From assembly GCA_030141605.1 (NCBI GenBank), contig JAQGDQ010000087.1, forward strand, positions 496,001-560,000: DNA of 64,000 bases, read 5' to 3'. This DNA is from Tubiluchus corallicola. Its lineage: Eukaryota > Animalia > Priapulida. The number at the start of each line of letters is the position of its first letter. The stretch's first letter is position 1. Below the pieces are notes generated by a model. It was given only the letters and a program-made list of their open reading frames with translations. It did no database searches and was not told the origin of the DNA. The position numbers and the translations under genes are program-made. Below are positions 53,501 to 64,000 of this stretch, one piece after another.

Positions 53501-55068
53501 TAGTGTCGTTATAGGCATCCAGGTAATCGGAATTCTAACTATATCTCTGTCCGAAACCGGACCGGAACAGAAAGAATTGTTTCAAGCAGGATACTACAAA
53601 GGCTGCTTTCATTTTAGTTGTAGTTCATTAGGGTAGAATTAATTCCTAAATGCTAGAAAGCACTGAAGTACCCCTAGAACATTTTACGAACTAACAAGAA
53701 TTGCTTAGTTGACATATTAGTGTTTAAGAGCCCATAGTCTTGAGTTTAGAACATTTCTGATGCTATTATAACTACAGCTACTAGGATAATAAGTTACTAA
53801 TCCAAAGTCTTGGGTCTGTTAGCATTAATGATTTCCATCTTTGAAGTTTAAAGTATTATTGACCATTGAAGTGACACGACTGTTGTGTTGGTTCGAACAG
53901 AGGTCATTTGAGATATGCACTATGAGATCTTTAATGTATTTTACATTCTTTAATTAAATCCGTTGCATAATCTTAGTCAAGATAATTTCACATCAAGATC
54001 ATGTCGAAAATAAAATGTGAATTAATTTTTTTGCATTTCCCGTCTTTCAAGTTGGTATCAAAACTTAATTAATTTGTGGGCAGTACCATCATTACATAGT
54101 TTAGTATATATAACCATGGAGAGTGTATGACAATCTGTGTGGTTTGGTTTTATGAGTAATGACAGTTTTGCACATAGTAAGCTTTATGATCAATTTAAAC
54201 TCCCGGGAGACCAAGGTGTTCAAATCATACTGGAATCAACACTTTCAGCAATATAATACAGTATAGCTTAGGTACCACATCTTTGTTGATGTAGTTTTTC
54301 ACCTTTAAATTTTTCTCTTTTTTTATAATGTTGCAGAAAAAACTTTTTTTGTTCAGATTTTTGTTATTTCTAAATGCCCGCCAATTCTTCTTCCATTTCA
54401 TTTTGCTACAAAAACAAAATGCAATGCGGTAACACATGTGTGTTCCAGATCTTATATGCCATTGTTACAAGCAAGCATGTAATCTTTCATTTTCATCACC
54501 AAGCATCACTCTTCTTAGCATCTATGCATCAAGATTTCTGTAAGATCATTTTTGAATTGAAAATTCATAGTAGTTAGTTTGGGTTAAAAAGTAAGACTCC
54601 GGGCCATAAAATAAGTAAATGTGGTAATTACAGTACTAAAACAATGACTGGAATGCACTATTAGATACGTGCAAGAAAATGTTTGAATTGGTTATTTGTT
54701 GTTAACTATCAATTTTTTGCAATTGGCAATGTTGCTAACGATGTTACTAATCATTAACTTATTTGTTTGACATCTACTAGAACTAAAATAAGAGAAATAC
54801 ATATTTAAGGTGAACTAAATGAAGAAATGAGTGAAACTGAGGAATCACGGCATTTATAGAAATCATGAATAAAGTTGTGGTGTGTTGTTCTAGATAAATG
54901 GATGCCAAGTGTTTTGACTACTTAAATGTCATTAATTATCATCATGCATTTTTAGTATTTTGACCAGCTGCTTACTTAAATGTGCTCTGAGGTTTCCATA
55001 ATCATGGTAATAGCTACCATTTGTGAAAATTAGTAAAATATTGTAGAAGTCTGAAATCTGGTGTCACA

Positions 55069-55425
55069 ATGGATACGTATCCAACCTACATGGACATGGT
55101 CAAGCTAGTGGATGATGTGGGTAATCAAGAACGGTTAGCACAGTCAAAACCAGTCTCCCATAAGCAGCCCACAAACGGCTTCATGCGATTCGCTCTGGAG
55201 AAAAGGAGCGAAGTAACGAAAGACCATCCAGGCATGAGCAATCGAGAAATCACAAAACTGCTGAGCACTCGATGGAAGCGCATGAGCAGAAGTGAACGTA
55301 AGCCGTATGAGATTGATTTAAACCAGAGCGATTTTAAGCGCAGGAGAAGAGGTAACTTCAGGAGTTGGGAATATGGCTCGGCAAAGCAGAGTATCCCGAT
55401 TTACAGGGTAAAGAATAATTGGTGA
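55069..55425 (+). CDS. Small intronless HMG-box protein (SOX/MATA-like, divergent)
   Basis: HKQPTNGFMRFALEKRSEVTKDHPGMSNREITKLLSTRWKRMSRSERKPYE matches the HMG-box pattern (P-N-F-F...R...P...N-EI-K-L...W); AATAAA at about 55551. Confidence 0.8.
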   Translation: MDTYPTYMDMVKLVDDVGNQERLAQSKPVSHKQPTNGFMRFALEKRSEVTKDHPGMSNREITKLLSTRWKRMSRSERKPYEIDLNQSDFKRRRRGNFRSWEYGSAKQSIPIYRVKNNW

Positions 55426-55699
55426 TTTTGTGAAATTAAGTTACTTTATTGTTCGAAACTAAGATTTTACAGTCAGTAAAAATATAAGCAATGAATCATA
55501 CACTTGTTAAGTTCTTGCTTTTATTCGGGATTATGTTGACGTAAGTTCAAAATAAAGCTCTAATGTTCTAAAATATTGAAAACTACAACAGCTTTTTTTA
55601 AATCAAAGCTTAGATTACATAATAATTACTTCAGATAGCTAAATTTTGTTAAAAGCTGCACGAGGCTCAGCAAATCCGCTAAGACTGTCGCCTTTTTGT

Positions 55700-55864
55700 C
55701 ACATTCACGTGAACAACAAATAGGTGCGGTACAGTGATAAGCATGATCATGAAGTGCAGTATTCGTTTGTGATGTCGGTGTGACATAGAGCCCATTTTCT
55801 TGACATCACATCAGCATTTTCTAGCAGTCTTCGCTTACGCAAACATGCTTGACGTGCAGGGAAG
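55700..55864 (+). promoter_or_regulatory. Probable BRMS1 promoter / 5'UTR
   Basis: TCACGTGA, TGACATCA, TTACGCAA and TGACGTG motifs within about 170 bp of the ATG. Confidence 0.4.
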
Positions 55865-58800
55865 ATGCCTACCATTGCACACACTATGGTTAGTTTGTGA
55901 CGTAAGCGATAGCTGTGTTCATTTGCCGTTAATCAACTTCTGAGGTAATTATTCAAATATTAGAAACAATTGCTAACTTTTACAAGCAAAAAATGTATAT
56001 TTTGGACAGTAAATTAAAATGAGATTGAGTTTAATCAGTCGTTTGCTGTTCCTTTTAGACTTTAGATAATGATTCGAAGGATGGGAAAGATGACAGTGAA
56101 GATGAAACTATGGATATGGATGAACCAGAGGATGTTATTACAGTTGTTGAGAGTGATAAAAGCACTGATGAATCCACATCATCTGCAGAGACGGATGCTG
56201 AGGATAGCTCTGGTATAGTACTGACTGTCTCCAGCTTTGCAAATATGCTCTTAATTAAATATCGGTGCTTGTGTAATGTTGCTATGCTCTTTAAAGTATT
56301 TCGCTAATTTTTGAAGACTAGCTTGATGTTATGTTTTTGGTTAATTTAATGATTTCTGAAATATTGTATTATTTATGCTTACATGAAAGTACTGTGTGTG
56401 AATCTGCTTTATTTTAAAATGTGGATGCTTTCATTTTTTGATCTGCATTAGAAATTTTTGGGGATTCTGCCATAAATATTATGCCGCTGGTTGTAAATAT
56501 ATTGTCTTGTGTTACTTCTAGTATTTTTCTTAAGGGTATTTTAAAAAAAGCATTAATTTTTAGTAAAAGTAATATTGAATGAAATACCAGTTGATCTTCT
56601 GCGAATTTCAGACATGGATGAAGAAGAATGTGAATTGCGGAGAACGGAGTGTTTGTATGACATGCATGATTTAGAAAAACAATTCAGTGATTTAAAAGAA
56701 AAGTACGTATTTTTCTTTTTTTAGTTTCTTGCAGCAATGAAAAGTTTCATCATGGCATGATATCGTTTGACTTGTTTACAATAACACTAATTTGCCCTAT
56801 TGCCTTCCCACTTTTTTATTGGAATATGCCTGTTTCTGCGCTCTCAGTTCATTGTTATATTTTATTATAGTTTGTACAGAGAGAGAATAAGCCAGATTGA
56901 GGCAAAATTAAAAGAAGTCCATTTGGGTGTGGCTCCCGAGTACTTAATACCTCTGGGTGAACTCCAAGAAAATATGCGTGTTCGAACACAAGTTGCAGGT
57001 GAGGTAGTAGTAATCACATTCTTGGTTGAAAGAAATGCGGTTTTATGACTTAGTTAGTAATTTTTGCACAATGTGTATGTGATTTTGTGCCCCAAGGATG
57101 CTGTATGACAGTTTCATGTGTGTTATCTTAGCTAGAAGAAGTAATACTTCTACAGTTTGATGTGCAGAAGAAACATGTCATATTCACTTTTGGTGTCTTC
57201 GATAATCACGTTTAAGTTGCTTATATTGTCTATGGAGATATTGTTTATTTATTGTTAATACATGTATATATGCATGTTGTTGTGGATTTATTACAAGGTG
57301 AACATTGTGAAATTCTCAAATTGACATTGATTGTTGTCATTGCGTGATAATATTTGCAGATTTTTATGCTATTACGTGACGAAATCATTGATGTGGACGA
57401 ATGAAACTAAACAGCATTATTATTCTTTTGAGAGTTTTGACTAATTTATTAACTCGAATACTTAGGTATTTTGAAAGAACTTCGTACTGAAGCAGTTAGA
57501 AAAGATTATGATTGTGAATTGCAGTCAGCACATCAAAGCTATGAGGTAGGTCTGAAATTTGATGGAGTTGGTGCATTAGGTGTGTAGTAAGTTCGTAAAA
57601 TTTTTATTTTTATGTTGTTTAGAGATGTGTTCGGCAATATTAAAACTAGTGTTTCCATCGAGTACTCGGGTACTTACCCGCATTGTTTATTATCCGAGCC
57701 TGATATTCCTACCCATTCCAACAGTGAAAATGCAGACAATATTATTAATAGGATGGTCATTAAATAAGAATTCATTTAAAATTTAAATGCTGCTTTCAGT
57801 GGCACACTTGTACTGTACAATAGATACCTACTAGGAAACTATTAACACTGTACTGGCACATTGCCAACCTCCACTCAAACGGTCTTTAATAAATTATTAT
57901 TTGAAATACTGCATAGGGATGTTTTCAGCATTAGCAAGCTAACAGCGATTATATCTCTATTAGTTACAAGCATATAGCAGACCAAACCATTTTTGCTGAA
58001 GGGATGACCTACAAAACTTCACGGAAAATAAACTGTGATTTTACAAAAGGGTTAATTATTCAAGCAAAATGGTTTATTAACATCTAAAGGCTTTCAGGCC
58101 ACTAGCAATGATGCCAACAAACAGATTGTTAAGTTTAACAATCCAGATTGATTGTTTAACGTTACTCAAAAACCACAATAGATTATTATAATCCCTATGC
58201 TGTAGGTGATTCATTGATAAAACATGCAATACACATAATTAAGAAGCCTGAGAGATAAGGCGGTGCAGTGGCAGAACACTAATTTTTGTGATTCAAGTGT
58301 CCAAGGCTCGTGTTCAAGGCCTAAGCCTGTAATATAACTGAATGTTTATTGCTATGATAACACTGTTTGTTGAAATGTACCAGTGGTTGTTTTTATTCGC
58401 AAACATAAATGATTACAATTTACTCAGTGCCACAAATCTTAACAACCGAGTACCGGGGTACCCGACTGGTATAAGCAAAAGGGTATCCAAGTCTGATTTT
58501 TGCTGATTGATGTAAACGCTAGTTAAAACAGCTATACTTTTGTGGTAAATTGAATTTTTTGCACTGCTTAATTTTTGTGCATTTTGTGTGATTTGCAATT
58601 GGCCACATTATATGAATTTCCTTTATACTTTTACTTTGCATTTATACTAATGAGAATGAAGGGTCTTTTCTGTAAAATTTAATTTGTTTTCAGTCTGACA
58701 AACTGCTGGTTTATGACCAAGTGAAATCAGAACTTGAAGAGAAAATCCGACATTTGGAAGAAGATAGGGATAATATAGATATAACATCAGGTAACTTGTA

Positions 58801-60709
58801 ACTGTAACATCTGTGAGGGAATCTTAAAAAGTTAAATGCAGCAGCTTGCTTGAATAAGTTATTTTCTTTATATTTCTGATGAGTCAATTCAGAGTATGGG
58901 TTACATTGTAGATCACAGTGACAATTTCATTTCTTTATTTATAGATAAACTTATTTATAGAGAAAACTATAGATAAAGAAGAACTTTCATCTAAGATAAA
59001 GATTGCAATAATAAAAGCTTTTCTTGAGATGAAAAATCTTTATGACATTTGTCTTGAAATAGTATGTACATGAGCTGAAACGAAAAAAATCATTCCATTG
59101 TTAGATTATTGTATTTTGTTTTGAATTTCTACATTTGTACTTGTATCTTTCATACTGCACTAATAATAACTTCGCACTGAGCTTCCTATATCTGCTTTTT
59201 TATTTATGATGATTGCCATTTTGTATTACATTTGAACAGACATATGGAATGAACTACATTTTGGCTCAAAGAAGAAAAAGAAACAAACTAGTTCCATGTT
59301 TCCGGAGAAAAGACGCAAACCTGTAACAGTAACTGGACCATACATTGTTTATATGCTGTCGGAAGCTGATGTTTTGGAAGATTGGACAATAATTAAAAAG
59401 GTGTGGTGTTTAACTGACTTCACAATTTAATTGCCATTTTGACGGCATTTTAACTGTGGAGTAGTTCAGTTGCAAGACAGTGTTCTTGCATTCACTGCTT
59501 TAACTGACTTACCTTTTCTAATTTTTCAAATAAAACTGGCGCCACTTGTTAGCTGTCGTGTGTATATGAACTTATTTATCAGGTTTTGTCTTTCTTACAG
59601 GCTATGGGTATACAGAAGAGAAAAGGTGAGAATATTTCAAAACTATTTCATGCCAACAGATTAGATAGCTTATTGTTTCAAAATGTACTATTAAAATCTA
59701 GAAGAAAAGACAAGATTATTTAGATGGTGACTTAATAGTGATGGTTTTCAAAATTAGTCAACTGTTTTGTAAAAGTAGACTGTGAAATAACTTGATACCT
59801 TATGATACAATACAATGGCATTACTCATATCTGAGTTGCTGATCTTATAGTCAAGTTGCCTGACTGCACCATTACCTTGATATGTGGGACAAGTTTTAAA
59901 CCTATAGACAAACATTAACCTATAGTTATGCTTGATTCAGACTGTTTGTCCACCTGTTTTACATACTTTATTGCACTGAAGTATTGTTTGAGAGACACAT
60001 AATACACTTTGCAAATAAACTACTCATATTCTGCACAAATGTCCATTTTGATCTGTAACAAAATGTGAATATGCTCACGAACTTATGTCACTTGTATGTA
60101 GAATAAAGCAAGCAAACTATAAGCTTGGCCTTAATAAGTTATTGATCTGAAACTGAAAGACTTGAAAATACTTTGGGGTGCCATCAACAAAGCAAAGTAG
60201 GAAAAGGGTTACGAGTCCTTTCTGTAGACTTGACAGCAGCCTCAACATAAAAATGCTTGTTTGACTTTTATCACATTCCTGAATTTTGTCAGACTACCAA
60301 CCAGCAAAACTGCCATCAAAGTACTTCAAAAATTTTCGGGAACATTCCCGTTGGATGGTAGTTTTTGATCGCTTGCTTTTGCTGGCTTTTTTATCAAGGA
60401 GTGAAAGTGCTTTATTGTTATTTCACATTCTAAAACAATGTTGAATTAAAACACAAACATATTTTCATGACAAAATTCAGCAAAGTCATCATCAGTATAA
60501 CCACTCTGCATTGCTTTTCTGTATTGCAGTATTGCTTGATTTTGATAATATCGAATGACAAATGTAATTAACTAAATTGTATTAATCTGAAATTTACATA
60601 CTTATGGCTAGTGATATGACATGAGTATTAACATTCTGCTTATTTTACATTTTAGTTAAGCAGTTTTGTCAAAAATAGTTTCTCTTGTTGTTTTGCAGTG
60701 AGACTGTGA
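55865..60709 (+). CDS. BRMS1: BRMS1/BRMS1-like (Sds3 family, Sin3-HDAC subunit), 9 coding exons
   Basis: Exons 55865-55888, 56059-56212, 56612-56702, 56871-56998, 57466-57545, 58694-58790, 59240-59400, 59601-59625 and 60699-60709, all in phase. Acidic N-terminus, [63 protein letters not shown]...LEDWTIIKK; AATAAA at about 60948. Confidence 0.95.
57647..58521. mobile_element. hAT-like MITE in BRMS1 intron 5
   Basis: TIRs TAGTGTTTCCATC / GATGTAAACGCTA (11/13); flanks attaaaac / gttaaaac; subterminal CGAGTAC..GGGTAC motifs at both ends. Confidence 0.7.
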
Positions 60710-63700
60710 CGATTTCTGCCATTACAAGAGCAGCAGACTCACTTCTCTTCAACTTACCTCAGTCTGCAACACCTGTAAATAGTTAATGTAAATAATGTAC
60801 AGACAAACATTGAAATGAAGCTATATTGTAATTAGTGATTTGCCCAGTAATTGCAAGTCACTATTTCGTGATGTTTTACTGCTGTTTGAGAAACCTCAGT
60901 AATTTTGCTAAACAGTTAACTATATCTGTGTAATGTAATTTGGAACAATAAAATATCTTTTCAAACTACATTAAAATTTTGAAAGCTTATCAGTGCTTCT
61001 TTGTGACTCCAAGTAAATGAAGTCACAAAGAATCAAGATCTGCATAAAGAATGGTTAGGAAAGCAAGTTGTGACTGCTTGAAAGATGCCAAGATTTCATT
61101 TGACGGCAGTGTAGCTGTTGAGCATAAAAGAGAATTAAATGGTAAATGATTGTTAGTTAATTAATATTGGTGCATTATATTTAGCAAAAACAATTCATTT
61201 CTATAAATCTCTGATTGATATCTCAATGTAGTGATATACTGGCTTTTGTAACACTTACCATGCTCAAAATTCAATGGATAATTCTGGTGTTAGATTTGTT
61301 TTTAATAATTGGCGCCACATGATCGAGTAATTTTAACTGCTTTTAAACAAACAAAATGCACCAGCAAATATTGATTTTTAAATACTGAACTATTGGGAGT
61401 AAAGGCTCAGGAAATTCCTAAAAGCCTATGCAACCCTAATTAAAAACTGAGATTTTTTAACATATACTGTAAAACCTTATATTATAATAAGTGTGTAGTT
61501 TGACTTTAAAGAGCCAAATGCATTTTTTAATGCAGTATGTGAATGGTTTTGTTCAATTTGGAGCCTACAGTTTGATATGTAACCCGCATCTTTTCATCCA
61601 TTTTGTGAATCATTTCATGTGTACAGTTTTTCAAATTTCTATAACTTACCCAATTGGCATTTTTACAATTGCACATTTCTGCCGCACAGAAGTTACAAAT
61701 GAATGTCCGGGTACTGTCTCAGTGTATTATGTAATTTTATAAAAAAATATTGATTTAGTATAAACTGAAATTAGTTTGATTCATTTTTACTTATTCTTAT
61801 TGATTTTTCTTATTGGTAAACACTTATTGTGGCTTGTTCCTTTTAATACACCTAAACCAAATTTCCATGTGCAAGTGGCTACACTCCACACAGAAACTAA
61901 AACTAAACAAATCATGTTGTGATTTTATCCAATCTTGCACATTTATTTGAAAATTGAAAAACCTGTACAAATTGCTGTGTATATGCATAATAGCGCACGA
62001 GACAGCCTGAATTACATTCATGATTTGAAAAGTTCAATCATTATGGATACAGGAATAAATAAGCTGAATAAACTTCATACTTGCATAAATCTTTCCATTT
62101 ACAGATAATAGTCATAAGACTTACAATACTACAAAACTGATTACATGAATAATGGGATGACAAAAATAAATCAGTATTATTATTGCTATAGGTTTAGGCA
62201 TATAATGCAGCAAACAAATGAAACAAATACTGCATATATTTTTAGTACTTTTGTACTGAAAGGTACATAGGCGGGAAGGCATAGGATTAACATGTGAAAC
62301 TTTGATAGTTTTCCATCAAAAAAATGTGAATGCATATTTTCAGAAATTTGCAGTGCATTATGAAAATAAAACTTCCATGTTGCAAATTTCAAATTTTTTA
62401 ATGGAAAGAGAAACAGTCCAGTAGTTTAAAGGGTTTGCTCAAATTTTTATCTAATTTCTCGAAACCAAACAATTAGCTCAACCACATTTTTTTCATTTTG
62501 ACTGTACCTTTAGATAACGATATAGCCTCATACTGTGTGACATATGAGAGCCACAACTTCACACAGCCATATGCAGCCACAGTGTTTTTAAGTTTTCAGT
62601 GCAATACTCACAATGGAGTAGGATCGGCAAAGAACTAAAGAGTATGTTTGCCTAAAATGCTGTACGACTAAAACATTTCTTCAAATCATAATTAGTTAAC
62701 TATTTTGACGTTTTTTTTTTCATCGCCAATATTATTAGTCATTTCAGCCCAGCTGCTCAGAAAAACTTCGAAAATAAAGTCGAGTTCAATTGTAGCAAAT
62801 AATTCTGGTAAAGAAAAATTTGATTTGGCTAAATGGCAAAGTAGAATTCCAGAAAAAAATATGTCAAACTGAATTTGTCAGGATAATTCATTAAAGAATA
62901 CGTCAAATCAAGGAATGGTGATCACTTGCAATTTGAAAAGCAAGTCATAAAATAATATAAGAAGAAAACAATGAACTACAATATGTATACCGCAATATAC
63001 AAATAATGAAAAAGCTAGATAAAAAGCACCTTTCATCTAAAGCATCTATAAGTTACTACAAATGCTCTCTTTTGCAACGGACTGGCATTTTACTTCACAA
63101 ATTTACAATTTGAAGATGTTGGCACTTCCACACTTCCGTAACTAATAATAACATTCGAGTATTGCAGTACGAACGACTAGTGCAAATCCATCACAAAACA
63201 AGATATGTCAGGAATCAAAAAAAAAACTCAAACAATAGTCAAATAGCAATTTACATTAATATATACATATGCTTAATCACAGCATAATTCTCAAGAAAAG
63301 TTTATTTGCAACATTTCTAACATCGTACTTTATATTGTTAATAGAAATGAAAGCTCACACAAATATACAGAGGGAAACTCTAGAGACTTCAATTCCATGG
63401 TGTTGATAATGAACTAGCCACTAGCAAGTGAGTTAAACCTGATGTAATGTTAATGTGATATAATGTAGAATGTCGTGATCACAGCCTGTTGATTAAAACA
63501 GTGAGTATTATAGCTTTATAAACTTCATAACATATATTTTAAGATCAGAATATACCCACACCGCCTGCTGATGTACTACAATCGTCTGAAACAAGGCATA
63601 TAATTCTGCAAACCTCAGTGGCGGCTCGTAGATAACACTAGTGGGGGGTTTTGCTTCAGAAAATTTATACCATTGTTTTAACATTGCGTAAAACGAAACA

Positions 63701-64000
63701 AAAATACAAAATGAAAATTTATAAATAAGCTTGATAAATAGTTTAAATTGCTACAGTTCAAGCCTGACCCATTCATTTAAAAATGAAATCCATTCTTCTT
63801 GTTTTACTTTGCACGAAAAGATTAATAAAAGATTAAAAGATTAATAAGTCAAAAAGAAATGCCATCCCTTACACTTGCACAACAGTCTCTCCACCCAGCA
63901 CTCTCTGTCGTATCTCAGACATGTGTGCTTAGCCGCATGAGCACGAAAGCCAAACACCGCGTCGCTGGAACTGTGAAGAGCACAGCTCTGTCACGTGCAC

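Overview
AT-rich, intron-rich animal genomic DNA, probably an invertebrate (lophotrochozoan-like; inferred). The main feature is a minus-strand HIF-alpha (bHLH-PAS) gene. I assembled it by hand from nine phase-compatible GT-AG exons (45872 to 10797, about 405 codons) covering bHLH, PAS-A, PAS-B/PAC and the N-terminal ODD motif ([10 protein letters not shown]). There are up to four alternative ATG-containing first exons that all splice in frame to the bHLH exon. I found no C-terminal ODD or C-TAD exon in the 10.8 kb downstream, so the gene may be truncated or may continue past the window edge. HRE/E-box clusters lie upstream of the gene and inside or after it. Further right are an unidentified 3-exon coiled-coil gene (-), a small intronless divergent HMG-box ORF (+), and a complete 9-exon BRMS1/BRMS1L (Sds3 family) gene (+). 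Repeats include a nested hAT-in-hAT pair (inner element with a 6-bp TSD and a zinc-finger remnant), MITEs, tRNA-derived SINE heads, a LINE 3' fragment, a 74-bp minisatellite and microsatellites. All gene models come from manual reading and have no transcript support.
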